Counted from the first letter of the stretch, positions 28,051-38,222 are shown. The stretch: 64,000 bases of DNA from an uncultured Alphaproteobacteria bacterium (GCA_944389095.1 CALXLC010000023.1:84-64083); one strand, 5' to 3'. Numbers and translations are program-made. The notes: a model not told the origin generated them from the letters alone.

Positions 28051-28765
28051 TGATAAACTCCTCCGAATTCCGGTAAACGGTCGCGGCCAGTTCGGCGGCT
28101 TCCGACTTTCTGATGCCGGCAACGTATTGCAGCAAACCGGGCAGTTGCTCCGGTTCGCCCTGATAAGGCCCGTCGGTTTCCCAAAGCAGACGACCGGCGG
28201 GGACGGCAGCTATCATGTCCTCTTTGCCGGGCCGCCCCGAAATTGACGGCGCCAAAGAAACGTATCCGCCGGTTTTGACGATTTTTTGCAGCAGTTCTTT
28301 TTTGCCGTTGAAAGAATGGAAAACAAATTTCGGCGGCAGGCGGTCCCATAAATCTTCTAACCATTCCTGTGCCTTGACGGCATGAATCAGCAGCGGGCGG
28401 CCGTATTGCCGCGCCAAATCCGCCTGAGCGGCAAAAATTTCTTTCTGCGGCAGAGGCTGCGGATTTTTAAGCCGGTCCAGTCCGGCCTCACCCACCAAAG
28501 CCCGCGGATATTTTTCAAGCATTTGGGCCAGACGGGTTTCCCAGCCCGGACGACAATCGTCCAAATACCACGGATGAAGACCAAACGCGGGTATCACCGT
28601 GTCGGCATTTTGTTCGTGCAATGCGGCAACATCCGCCCAATCCGCCTCGCGAATTGCGGCGCAAACCACCCGGCGAACACCGGCTGCGGCAGCTGCGGCC
28701 AGAACCTGCGGTGCACTTCTTGTTTTATAATCTTGCAAATGAATGTGGGTGTCGATAAATTGCAT
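28037..28765 (-). CDS. TatD-family metal-dependent hydrolase
   Basis: MQFIDTHIHL start, with later GEAGLD and LIHAV blocks. Overlaps the tcdA start by 14 nt. Confidence 0.8.
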   Translation of the reverse strand: MQFIDTHIHLQDYKTRSAPQVLAAAAAAGVRRVVCAAIREADWADVAALHEQNADTVIPAFGLHPWYLDDCRPGWETRLAQMLEKYPRALVGEAGLDRLKNPQPLPQKEIFAAQADLARQYGRPLLIHAVKAQEWLEDLWDRLPPKFVFHSFNGKKELLQKIVKTGGYVSLAPSISGRPGKEDMIAAVPAGRLLWETDGPYQGEPEQLPGLLQYVAGIRKSEAAELAATVYRNSEEFINVGK

Positions 28766-28806
28766 AAGAGATGCCTTAAATAAATTTGAATTGATTGTAG
28801 GTAAAG

Positions 28807-29907
28807 ATGACCGTTTTGACAAGACCCATTTTGGAAATTGATTTTAACAATCTGCTGGATAATTACCTGACGCTGAAGCGGCTAGCTTCGTCTTCAATCT
28901 GTGCGGCAGTGGTCAAAGACGACGCTTACGGCCTGGGGGCTTCGGAAGTTGCCGAGCTTTTGTATAACGAGGCGGACTGCGATACTTTTTTTGTCGCGCA
29001 TGCAATTGAAGGCGCCGCAATTGCGCCAAAGCTCCCCAAGGCACGAATTTATGTGCTGCAGGGAATCGGCGAAGACAGTCTTGAAACATTCCGGGAAAAT
29101 CCTCAGTTGATTCCGGTTATCAGTTGTCCGGAAATGCTTGATTTTTGGAAAGCCAACCGTGTGAACGGCATCAAGCCGGCCATTCATATCGAGACGGGAT
29201 TGAACCGGCTGGGGTTCCGGGAAAACGAATTGGCCGCCCTCAGTGATGACGATAAAAGCGAATTTTCACTGGTAATGTCGCATTTGGCCTGTGCCGATGA
29301 AAAGGGACATTTTATGAACGAACATCAGCTTGAGGCTTTTCGCCGCCTGAAAAACGACTATTTTCCCAAACTTCCGGCTTCGCTTTCGGCTTCGGACGGT
29401 GTTTTTTTGGGAAATGATTTTCAGTTGGATATGGTACGGCTGGGGGCGGCGATGTACGGTATCAATACGGCGCCCTACCGGGAAAATCAGATGAAAAACG
29501 TAGTGCGGATTAAAGCGCCGGTTTTGCAGATTGCGCCGTTGCCCAAAGGAGATTTTGTCGGCTATTCGGCCACCTACCGCGCAAATACCGACCGCAAAAT
29601 TGCCATTGTTTCCATCGGATACGGCGACGGGATTCCGCGGTCGCTTTCCAACGTGGGCAAAGTGTTTTTTAAAACCGGGTGTCAACTGAGCGAGGCGCGG
29701 ATTATCGGCAGAATCTCCATGGATAACATTATTTGCGACGTGACAAACGTTGACAACCTGCAAGTCGGCGATACGGCATATCTGGCCGATGATTTCTACA
29801 CGCTTGACGACATGGGGCGCGATGCGGGAACGATTGCTTATGAAATTATGTCGCGAATCGGCAAAAACAAGCGCTTTGTCAGAAAAATAAAAAGAGACCG
29901 GCTTTAG
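28807..29907 (+). CDS. alr: Alanine racemase
   Basis: AVVKDDAYGLG PLP-Lys block, GLNRLGF, VMSHLACADE, and the C-terminal GRISMD. Confidence 0.88.
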   Translation: MTVLTRPILEIDFNNLLDNYLTLKRLASSSICAAVVKDDAYGLGASEVAELLYNEADCDTFFVAHAIEGAAIAPKLPKARIYVLQGIGEDSLETFRENPQLIPVISCPEMLDFWKANRVNGIKPAIHIETGLNRLGFRENELAALSDDDKSEFSLVMSHLACADEKGHFMNEHQLEAFRRLKNDYFPKLPASLSASDGVFLGNDFQLDMVRLGAAMYGINTAPYRENQMKNVVRIKAPVLQIAPLPKGDFVGYSATYRANTDRKIAIVSIGYGDGIPRSLSNVGKVFFKTGCQLSEARIIGRISMDNIICDVTNVDNLQVGDTAYLADDFYTLDDMGRDAGTIAYEIMSRIGKNKRFVRKIKRDRL

Positions 29908-29909
29908 GC

Positions 29910-29937
29910 AAAAAACCGTCCTTGCGGACGGTTTTTT
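29910..29937. terminator. Bidirectional terminator between alr and the 1398-aa ORF
   Basis: aaaaaccgtcc-ttgc-ggacggttttt perfect stem. Confidence 0.85.
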
Positions 29938-29950
29938 GCGGGTTGAGTGG

Positions 29951-32900
29951 TTATCTGCCCCTGTTGGCCGTGCGAGTCATATTGTCGTGTGCCATAAATA
30001 TTTTTTTGGCACTTTCAATTGCCGTACGCTGGACATCTTCCGGTGCTTTGACGGGATCTCCCGGCCTCTGGACATCAAACAAGCGGTACAGATATTTATG
30101 ATTTTCCTTATCAAACTCACGCACCACAATTCCGTCGTTAGTCAAAACATAAGACTGGTTGGGGTTTCCTTCCCCGCCGGTGTATACTTTCCCCGGTTTC
30201 AATCCTGACGCGGCAAGTTGTTCCGCCGTCGGCGACTGATATTCTGCCGGTTTTTCCGCAGCTTTGACCAAATTATAAGCTTCAGAAAAAGCTTCTTTCT
30301 GAGCATTTTGCGGCACGTTGGCAACATTGCCCTCGTAGTCCTGCAGCTCAAAGACACGCTTGCCGTCAACCATAGACATATTGACGACGCCGTGTTTGGT
30401 CAGCACCCGGGAGACTTCACGACCGCTGTCATCGGCAACGGTGGAAACGGCACCAGACTTCAGGTTCAGTCTTCTCTCGGCATCTTTAATCTCTTCCTCT
30501 GTTGCAGCCTTATACGGAATAACCGTTTCTTTAGAACCGTTTTCAAAAAACTGGATATTTTTTTCCTTACCGTAATCGCTCTCAATTTTGAGTGTTCCGT
30601 CAGGCTGAAGCCGCCGGACTTCAACCCGGTCAATTGCTTTACGGGCGGCTCTGGTCAAGGTTCCGTTTTCGTTCAAATCTTTTTCCGTAATCTGATACGG
30701 CTGGCCGTTTTTATCAAAGAAAAGAACTCCTTCTCCGGTTTTGCTCGGTATAAACGGGGCTCCGTGACTCATATTTACCTGAATATTCATTTTCTTTTCA
30801 ATCGTTGTCTGAGGCTGATAGTTTTCGTTCCAATTATAGACGTTTTCTACCGAAGCAGGCGCCTCTGCCGGATACGGGTTAATGATAATACTTTCTCCGG
30901 GGGCAGCCTCAACGACAGCCGGCTCAGGATTTACCCGCGGCGCCTGACGTTCTCCGGTTACGCCGTAAGCCTGAGTTTCTTCCTGACAGTCTACGGCGCG
31001 CAGACCTGTAATGCGGTTGGTCGTGCGGGGGCCTGACAAATCGGTGTCGCCGTTGTCTTTGATGTGTCCCAAAGCCGATTTAATAACTGCGGCGTTGCCG
31101 GCGTTTATCTCGTTGCACTCAATTACCTGTTTGAGCATCAACATTTCCTTATCCATCTGATAACGAGGCAGATTGTTGCCGTCTTTATCCAGCAGAGGAA
31201 CCAGTTTGCCATCTTCGACTTTGACGCGAACCGTCCAAACATCCAGGCGGTTATACTTATGCATTACCTCTTCCGGCGACATGTCACCAAAGAAGTTTTG
31301 ATACTGCTCTTTGGTCATATTCTGCGTGAGGTTGTCATACATCCGCTGAATATCCTCGGGACTGCGGGTTCCCAGCCATCCGTTGGCACCGCCGCGCAGA
31401 CCGTGCTCCCTGTTATAAGCTTCCAATTCCTTATAAGCCGGGAATTTGGTTTCGATTTCATCGGCGGACGGATAGCGGATGTTGGGATCGGCCAGACCTT
31501 TAATGTCTTCGGGTTTAAGTTCTTTCCGCTCGTCTTCTTCTTTCTGTTCATCCGCTCTTTCTTCTTTGCCCTCAACAGGCTTTTGTTCCTGCTGTTGGTT
31601 CTGCTCTTCCCGATGCTCGCTGACGGCATTGTCAATATCATCTTTGCCGAGCAGTTCTTTTTCGGCCATGGTCTGTTTAAGCAGAGCCGCTTTGTCTTCT
31701 GCGGACATATTTTCCAAATCTTTATCAACGCCCAGGGCCTGAAGCGCTTCGTCCAGCTTGCCGGCTTCGGCAATCTGGTTGACGGCCTGATCATTGATAT
31801 ACGCCTTCAATTCCGCTTCCGAGGTAATGTTGTTGTCGGCAAAAAACTTGCGGATTTCCTCCTGATATTCGCCGTCTTTGTAAGCCTCGATATTTTCGGC
31901 GCTCAGTCCGAGTTTGCCAAGATACAGGTCGGCTTTTTCATCCGTATTGAGGATTGCATCAATTTTGCCGTCCCACAACTGATTGACGAACTGATCCAGC
32001 GTGCGGTATTCTCCGTCGGTAATTTTTGCAAGCAGCGAATTGCGGTCTCCGATTTTTTCATCCAGAAGTTTGCTGATGGTATCCAACCGGGCCTGCTGTT
32101 CTGCCGGAGACAAAGCATCAAAATCGGCGCCGATTTTGGCCTGGGCAACTAAGTTGTTCAAATCATCAAGGTTTTCTATTTTGTTGCCGTTTTCGTCATC
32201 GCTGCGGATAATGCGCATCAGAAGTTCGCGCTTGCCCTGCATATCCAAAGAAGAATTAAGTTTGGCCATGTCATCGGCAGACAGCCCTAAATCTTTGGAG
32301 TTGCGCATTTCAAACAGGTTTTTGAACGCCTGATCAATCAAAGCATCGTCTTGGGGCAGACTGTTCAAAACAGCCTGATCGGCCAGATAGTTGTCAAGCG
32401 CATTTATATTTTTAAGTCCGTGCTCTTTCATAAACGCTTTTAACGCCTGTTCTTTTCCGGCTTCGTCCATGCCTTCGGTATTTATCGGCAGACTGCGGAA
32501 ATATTTGTTGAGCGTGTCTTCGTTCAGATTTTCGATTTCGGCGTTAAACTGATAATTGTCAGCGGCTTTGTTAATACCGATTGCGGCAAAGACCGTTGAA
32601 ACACCGGCCCCAAGCCATGAACCGATTTTCTGAGCCTTTGTGGCTTTTTTGTCTTTTTGCATGCTGACGGCGGCAGCCCAGGAAACAACAGCCGAAGCAC
32701 CGGACAAAATTCCGCGGGCGGCAGACCGGACGGCCGTGCTGTCAAATTCGGCAAAGGCACCTATTGCCGCACCGGAAATACCCACAATGCCGAAACCGGC
32801 ACTGATTACGGCGCGGGAAGCCAAAATCTTGTTCTGTTTAAGCGTATCAATAAACCGAGCATTCGGATCTGCGGCCCGGGCTTCACGATATTTTTTCAAC

Positions 32901-34147
32901 AGCGGCTTGATGCCTTTGGCGGCGCGATAAGTTCCGTAAGCCAGGGTAGCGGGTACAGCCATTCCGGTTCCGGCAGCCAGCATGACACCCCCGGATAAAA
33001 TAACAGAGGGCGCGGCTTTGCGAACGGCCTGAGCGGCCATTTTATAATACTTCCAGGTTTTGGGATGCGCCTGTTCCATTTTCTGATCCCAGGCGTCAAA
33101 CCGGGCTTTTAACGGCGCAATAGCCGCGCTGTTCAGACCTTTTTGGGTATAATAGGCCATTTTTTCGTCCCAGGCAGCGGAAGCATCGGCCATTTGCGAT
33201 ACAAAAGTACTTGCGCTGACTTCAACCGGCCCTTTGTTCTCAACCAAATTTTGCAGATTTTCACGAACACGGCGGGCAATTTTTTTGCTGTCATAAATCT
33301 TGGAATTTTTCTCTTGACTTCGGGTTTCATCCGTCAGCAAAATTTTATAAGCCAGCGTTTCGGCCTGAGCGTTAATTTCACGCTTTAAAGCGGCCTCCTG
33401 TTCTTTGCTGTCGGTCAGCGCACTAAATTCTTTGGAGGAACTTAATGCCGCAATAGCGTTATTGACAGCGGCTTCACGAAAAGCTTCCTTATCTTCGGCT
33501 TCAGAAGCGCTACGGCCTACGCTAGTAGTTATAGTCAGGTTGTCTGAAATATTGACGGCCGTTTTTAAGCTTTCGTCATTCCAGTCGACACTAATGCTCT
33601 GCAGGGTATTGATGTTGTTTTCGATTTTGGCCGGATCGGTTTCGGTAATATCATTATCCTTTTCATACAGGGCAAGCGCCTCCTGCACTTCTTTATCTAT
33701 ATTAACCCCGGCCTGAGAAGCCATTTTTTTCAACTCATCAATGGCAAGCGGACTGATGGTGCCTTTTTTAATTTCCTCTTGAAATTCTTTCAGACACGCT
33801 TGTATACGATTGTTCAGAACTCTTTCAGCTGTGTTGCGATTTTTGGTATTCAGAATATTCTCTGCTTCCAACCAGTTTATGACATCCGGCATTTCGTTTA
33901 ACTGCCGATAGCTGAAATAACGCTCGTCGCGTTCCAGATCTTTCAGTTCTCTTTCAGCATTGTCGCTCTTTTCATTTACCATTCGGACTATTTCGTGAAA
34001 CAAAATATCATTCAATTTCTTAACATCTTCGCCGCGAGCTTTAAGATCTCTTATCGCGTCCAGAATATCCGAATAGTTTAAATCGGCCGCTTTCAGTTCT
34101 TTGCTTTCCAACAAGCTTTTAATTTCATCTGCAGTGTATTTTGCCAT
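29951..34147 (-). CDS. Giant (1398 aa) hypothetical protein with a central cluster of four hydrophobic helices
   Basis: Uninterrupted ORF. Helical N-terminal 370 aa. Hydrophobic Gly/Ala-rich segments at about aa 379-405, 441-467, 478-496 and 508-526. Then an acidic coiled region and a beta-rich C-terminal ~450 aa. No family recognised. Confidence 0.75.
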   Translation of the reverse strand: MAKYTADEIKSLLESKELKAADLNYSDILDAIRDLKARGEDVKKLNDILFHEIVRMVNEKSDNAERELKDLERDERYFSYRQLNEMPDVINWLEAENILNTKNRNTAERVLNNRIQACLKEFQEEIKKGTISPLAIDELKKMASQAGVNIDKEVQEALALYEKDNDITETDPAKIENNINTLQSISVDWNDESLKTAVNISDNLTITTSVGRSASEAEDKEAFREAAVNNAIAALSSSKEFSALTDSKEQEAALKREINAQAETLAYKILLTDETRSQEKNSKIYDSKKIARRVRENLQNLVENKGPVEVSASTFVSQMADASAAWDEKMAYYTQKGLNSAAIAPLKARFDAWDQKMEQAHPKTWKYYKMAAQAVRKAAPSVILSGGVMLAAGTGMAVPATLAYGTYRAAKGIKPLLKKYREARAADPNARFIDTLKQNKILASRAVISAGFGIVGISGAAIGAFAEFDSTAVRSAARGILSGASAVVSWAAAVSMQKDKKATKAQKIGSWLGAGVSTVFAAIGINKAADNYQFNAEIENLNEDTLNKYFRSLPINTEGMDEAGKEQALKAFMKEHGLKNINALDNYLADQAVLNSLPQDDALIDQAFKNLFEMRNSKDLGLSADDMAKLNSSLDMQGKRELLMRIIRSDDENGNKIENLDDLNNLVAQAKIGADFDALSPAEQQARLDTISKLLDEKIGDRNSLLAKITDGEYRTLDQFVNQLWDGKIDAILNTDEKADLYLGKLGLSAENIEAYKDGEYQEEIRKFFADNNITSEAELKAYINDQAVNQIAEAGKLDEALQALGVDKDLENMSAEDKAALLKQTMAEKELLGKDDIDNAVSEHREEQNQQQEQKPVEGKEERADEQKEEDERKELKPEDIKGLADPNIRYPSADEIETKFPAYKELEAYNREHGLRGGANGWLGTRSPEDIQRMYDNLTQNMTKEQYQNFFGDMSPEEVMHKYNRLDVWTVRVKVEDGKLVPLLDKDGNNLPRYQMDKEMLMLKQVIECNEINAGNAAVIKSALGHIKDNGDTDLSGPRTTNRITGLRAVDCQEETQAYGVTGERQAPRVNPEPAVVEAAPGESIIINPYPAEAPASVENVYNWNENYQPQTTIEKKMNIQVNMSHGAPFIPSKTGEGVLFFDKNGQPYQITEKDLNENGTLTRAARKAIDRVEVRRLQPDGTLKIESDYGKEKNIQFFENGSKETVIPYKAATEEEIKDAERRLNLKSGAVSTVADDSGREVSRVLTKHGVVNMSMVDGKRVFELQDYEGNVANVPQNAQKEAFSEAYNLVKAAEKPAEYQSPTAEQLAASGLKPGKVYTGGEGNPNQSYVLTNDGIVVREFDKENHKYLYRLFDVQRPGDPVKAPEDVQRTAIESAKKIFMAHDNMTRTANRGR

Positions 34148-34334
34148 TTATCTTACTCCCATCGGGGTTTAAATTTTTACATTTGTTTAGACTATACAAC
34201 ATTTTGGAACAAATTACAACAACTTTTTGTCAAGTTTGACGATTTTTTCTAAAATGTCGTTTTCCCCTGTTTTGCTTTAATTTTAATATATAAAGGTTAA
34301 AATTTCATCTGCAAAAAAATATTAAATTTTTGTT

Positions 34335-34368
34335 ACAACAAAAGCCCGCCTGTTGCGGCGGGCTTTTG
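34335..34368 (-). terminator. Rho-independent terminator of ileS
   Basis: aaagcccgcc/ggcgggcttt stem (34341-34366). On the minus strand it is followed by ttttgttgt. Confidence 0.75.
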
Positions 34369-34384
34369 CTTGAAAACAGCGATT

Positions 34385-37300
34385 TCAGGCGACTTTGGCG
34401 TCGAAACAGATTTCGGCTCCTTCAATATCGGCTTTGGTTCCGCCCTGACAGGTGTTGTCCACTTTAACGGCCAGAACCTGCTCGGCCACATAATCGCGGT
34501 TTTCGCTCAACGCCTGCGCCAGCTCCGGATTGCTGGTGGAATAGCACAGCTCTATCCGGTCCGAGATATTGAAATCTTTGTCTTTGCGCAGCGTTTGCAC
34601 CAGCCGGACAAAATCACGGGCCATGCCTTCACGCTTCAATTCGCCGGTGACGTTGGTGTCAAGCGTAACCACCGCCTTGTTGTCGGCAAACGCCTGTCCG
34701 GCAACACCATCCTTCATTACCAGACGGACCTCGAACAAATCGGATGCCAGCGTCTGACCGCCGATGTTCAAAGTGCCGTCGGCGTTCAATGTCCACTGAT
34801 TTTGTTTGTAGGCGGCCATAACGACTCCCATATCCTTTCCCAGAGCCTTGCCCAGCAGCGGCGTGTAAAGGTAAATCTTTTTACTGGCGTAATTCTCCAG
34901 ATTGGCGTCAAATTTTACCGCTTTGACATTCAGCTCGTCTTTGACGATTTCCTGATACTCCGGACTGAGCTCGGCGCCTATCAGGGTCAGGCTTCCCAAC
35001 GGCAGACGGTTACGCAGATTTTTCTCCTCACGGATAAACTTGCCGGCAGAGCAAAGATCCTGCACAAAGTCCATGGTTTCGACCAGACTTGCGTCATATT
35101 TGATGTCGGAAAGCTGCGGATAGTCCTGCAGATGGACGCTCTCTTCTCCGGTCAGAGTTTTGAAGACGTATTCGCACAAAAACGGCATCAGCGGCGCGGC
35201 AATTTTGCTGACGTTTACCAAAACCGTGTACAACGTGTCAAACGCTTCGGCGTTTCCTTCCCAAAAACGATCGCGGCTGCGGCGGATGTACCAGTTGTTA
35301 AGCACCTCCATAAACGAAGCCAGCTCGCCGGTTGCCATGGCAACGTCATAACTTTCGATTCCGCGTTTAACAATTTCCGCCAGCTTTTTGAGCTTGGACA
35401 GAATATAGTTGTCTATGGCCTCGGAAGAAGAGCTTATCTCTTTGGCCTTATACTCTTCGGCATTGGCATACAACGTAAAGAAATAAAAAGCATTCCACAA
35501 CGGGATTTGCGCCACGCGGGCCGCTTTGGCAATCTCTTTGCCCTCTTTGTCAACGGCAAGATTACCGCCTTTTAACACCGGTGAGGAGACCAAAAACCAA
35601 CGCAGCGTATCCGACCCCATGCTATCTAAAACCAGATTGGGATCTGGGTAGTTTTTGAGACGTTTGGAAAGTTTTTGCCCGCCTTCGGCCATCAGCAGTC
35701 CGGTGCAGATACAATTTTTGAATGCCGGACGGTTGTGCAGCGCAGTGGACAAAACGGTCAGCGTATAAAACCAGCCGCGGGTTTGGTCCATGGCTTCAAC
35801 AATAAAATCAGCCGGAAAATGATTCTCAAACCACTCTTTGTTTTCAAACGGATAGTGAATCTGCGCATAAGGCATGGAGCCGCTCTCAAACCAGCAGTCG
35901 AAAACATCGCCGACGCGGCGCATCATGGTCTTGCCTGACGGATCGTCAGGATTGGGATAAACCACCTCGTCAATATACGGCTTGTGCAGATTGGTTACCT
36001 CGAAACCGGTCTTTTCTTTAATTTCGGCCAAAGACCCGAAGACATCAATGCGCGGAAACTGCGGATTATCCGATTTCCAGACCGGAATCGGCGTTCCCCA
36101 GAAACGATTGCGCGAAATCGACCAGTCGCGGGCTCCTTCCAGCCATTTGCCGAAACGGCCGTCCTTAATATGTTCCGGCACCCAGTTAATTTGCTGATTG
36201 TTCCTGACCATGTCATCGCGGAAGTCGGTTACTTTGACAAACCAGCTTGACATTGCCTTGTAAATCAGCGGCGTGTCCGTGCGCCAACAGAAAGGATAGG
36301 AGTGGGTATATTGCTCTTTTTTGACCAGAAGCCCCTTCTCTTTCAGCAGCTGCATAATCGGCTCGTTGGTCTCAAAGACCTGTTTGCCTTCATAATCCGG
36401 AACTTCGGCCGTAAACCGGCCCGCTTCGTCAACCGGGCAAACAACCGGGAAATTTTCATCATAAGCGCGGCAGGCATCAAAGTCATCCTGACCAAAACCG
36501 GGAGCAATATGCACGACGCCGGTTCCGTCCTCGGTGGAAACAAACTCGCCGCTCAGAACTTTAAATGCACCTTTGGCCTTTAAATGCTTAAAATACGGGA
36601 ACATCGGCTCATAACTCAACCCGACCAGTTCGGCCCCCTTCAGACTTCCGACTTTTTCGGCATGCTCAAGCTGTTTTTTATAACGACCAAGCAACGCTTC
36701 CGCCAAAATGTATTTCTGTCCGTCTTCTTCCATTACGGCATAGTCAATATCTTTGCCGACGGCCAGCATCAGGTTGGACGGCAGGGTCCAGGGCGTGGTG
36801 GTCCAGACCAGAATTTTCATGCCGTTTTCAAGCGTGAACATAACGGTAACGGCGTTGTCGGTCTTGTCCTGATACCCCTGGTTGACCTCAAAATTCGACA
36901 AAGGCGTTTCCGCAGCCCAGGAATACGGCAAAACACGGTAGTCTTCATAAACGAGACCTTTATCGTAAAGCTGTTTGAAATTGCTGATGACGCTTTCCAT
37001 AAACGGCAGATCCATGGTTTTGTAATCATGGTTAAAGTCCACCCAGCGGCCGATGCGCTTGAACATATCAACCCAGATGCCGGAATATTTTAAAACATCG
37101 GAACGGCAGAAGTCATTAAACTTTTCCACACCGTATTCCTCAATCTGTTTGCGGCCGGAAACGCCGAGCTGCTTCTCCGCGGACATTTCGGCCGGAAGCC
37201 CGTGACAGTCCCAGCCAAGACGGCGCTCGACCTTTTTGCCGTTCATGGTCTGAAAGCGGGCGACCACGTCCTTGACATAAGACACCATAATATGTCCGTA

Positions 37301-37471
37301 GTGCGGCGTGCCGTTGGCAAACGGCGGCCCGTCATAAAAAACGAATTCAGCAGCCCCGTCACGGTTGTGAACGGACTTTTCAAAGGTTTTGTCTTCATCC
37401 CAGAATTTGAGGATTTCTTTTTCTACTTCCACAAAGTCGGGTTTGGCTTTTACGTCTGCGTAGTGTTTCAT
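34385..37471 (-). CDS. ileS: Isoleucyl-tRNA synthetase, type 2 (eukaryote-like)
   Basis: 1028 aa. YDGPPFANGTPHYGH (HIGH region) and KLSKRLKNYPDP (KMSKS region) match the IleRS2/eukaryotic signatures rather than the type-1 PPYANG.IHIGH. Confidence 0.92.
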   Translation of the reverse strand: MKHYADVKAKPDFVEVEKEILKFWDEDKTFEKSVHNRDGAAEFVFYDGPPFANGTPHYGHIMVSYVKDVVARFQTMNGKKVERRLGWDCHGLPAEMSAEKQLGVSGRKQIEEYGVEKFNDFCRSDVLKYSGIWVDMFKRIGRWVDFNHDYKTMDLPFMESVISNFKQLYDKGLVYEDYRVLPYSWAAETPLSNFEVNQGYQDKTDNAVTVMFTLENGMKILVWTTTPWTLPSNLMLAVGKDIDYAVMEEDGQKYILAEALLGRYKKQLEHAEKVGSLKGAELVGLSYEPMFPYFKHLKAKGAFKVLSGEFVSTEDGTGVVHIAPGFGQDDFDACRAYDENFPVVCPVDEAGRFTAEVPDYEGKQVFETNEPIMQLLKEKGLLVKKEQYTHSYPFCWRTDTPLIYKAMSSWFVKVTDFRDDMVRNNQQINWVPEHIKDGRFGKWLEGARDWSISRNRFWGTPIPVWKSDNPQFPRIDVFGSLAEIKEKTGFEVTNLHKPYIDEVVYPNPDDPSGKTMMRRVGDVFDCWFESGSMPYAQIHYPFENKEWFENHFPADFIVEAMDQTRGWFYTLTVLSTALHNRPAFKNCICTGLLMAEGGQKLSKRLKNYPDPNLVLDSMGSDTLRWFLVSSPVLKGGNLAVDKEGKEIAKAARVAQIPLWNAFYFFTLYANAEEYKAKEISSSSEAIDNYILSKLKKLAEIVKRGIESYDVAMATGELASFMEVLNNWYIRRSRDRFWEGNAEAFDTLYTVLVNVSKIAAPLMPFLCEYVFKTLTGEESVHLQDYPQLSDIKYDASLVETMDFVQDLCSAGKFIREEKNLRNRLPLGSLTLIGAELSPEYQEIVKDELNVKAVKFDANLENYASKKIYLYTPLLGKALGKDMGVVMAAYKQNQWTLNADGTLNIGGQTLASDLFEVRLVMKDGVAGQAFADNKAVVTLDTNVTGELKREGMARDFVRLVQTLRKDKDFNISDRIELCYSTSNPELAQALSENRDYVAEQVLAVKVDNTCQGGTKADIEGAEICFDAKVA

Positions 37472-38032
37472 TGTTTTTGATACCTGTGTTGAATTTATAC
37501 AAATGACGCCGGGTTGGCCGGAACGATATTTTTATTGATTAATAAACGAAAATTTATGTGCAAAATAAAGTATATCCCCTAAGGGATAATAATGAACGGA
37601 ATATTTATGTAAACAGCGCACATTCTTTTAAGAATCTTTCTTTGGTTTGACTGAGCGTTAATTTAATACAGCCCTGACGGGGAGTCAAGGACTTATTGCC
37701 TGATTTCGGCATAAAAAGAAGGCCCGGCGTTTGCAACTTCTCAAAAAAGAAACTACAAAACGCGGGGCCTGAGAATATAATGTATGGAAACAGCCTGTCT
37801 GAAAAAACATTCTTCAATAAAAGAGAGGGGCTTCACAGCAGCTCTCTTTACATCATGACTAAGTTGTTGTTAATCAAAGATTTACTTCGGCAAGTCTGAA
37901 TAAATAAAAACGGAACAGAAAGTTTTTTCATTTTCAGACCATGCCGAAGATAAATCCTTATCCTTTTGATGTAAATAATTGCTTACTAATTTTTTTATTC
38001 TTGGCTTTTTTTAACGTTTAATTATTTAAAAG

Positions 38033-38088
38033 TCAATAAAAAAATACCCCTGAATTGAGTGTTGAGGTTCTCAAAACGGGGTATTTTT
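38033..38088. terminator. Bidirectional hairpin terminator
   Basis: aatacccc/ggggtatt stem (38043-38085) with an internal sub-hairpin, an A-run upstream and T5 downstream. Confidence 0.55.
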
Positions 38089-38105
38089 CAAAAAGCAAAC
38101 AAATT

Positions 38106-38222
38106 TCAGGACGGAAACAATATTTCTGATGCAAACATCAACACGCCCGTTGCTAAAATCAAGAGAATGCAGACAACATCGTCTTTCCAGCTGTCGCTTA
38201 AGTTTTTGCTTTCATTTTTCAT
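38106..38222 (-). CDS. Possible 38-aa single-helix small membrane peptide
   Basis: My own translation: MKNESKNLSDSWKDDVVCILLILATGVLMFASEILFPS*. It is followed on the same strand by the 38043-38085 hairpin. No convincing Shine-Dalgarno. Below the track's length cutoff. Confidence 0.2.
   Translation of the reverse strand: MKNESKNLSDSWKDDVVCILLILATGVLMFASEILFPS

Noticed and set aside
34370-35575. 401-aa ORF antisense to ileS. Similar long antisense ORFs occur at 31064-32152, 6949-7734, 302-970, 9215-9790, 15166-15702 and 18916-19650.
   Set aside because: Each lies opposite a confidently identified gene and has low-complexity, Arg/Phe/Gln-rich shadow-frame composition with no recognisable motifs. 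These are typical open antisense frames.
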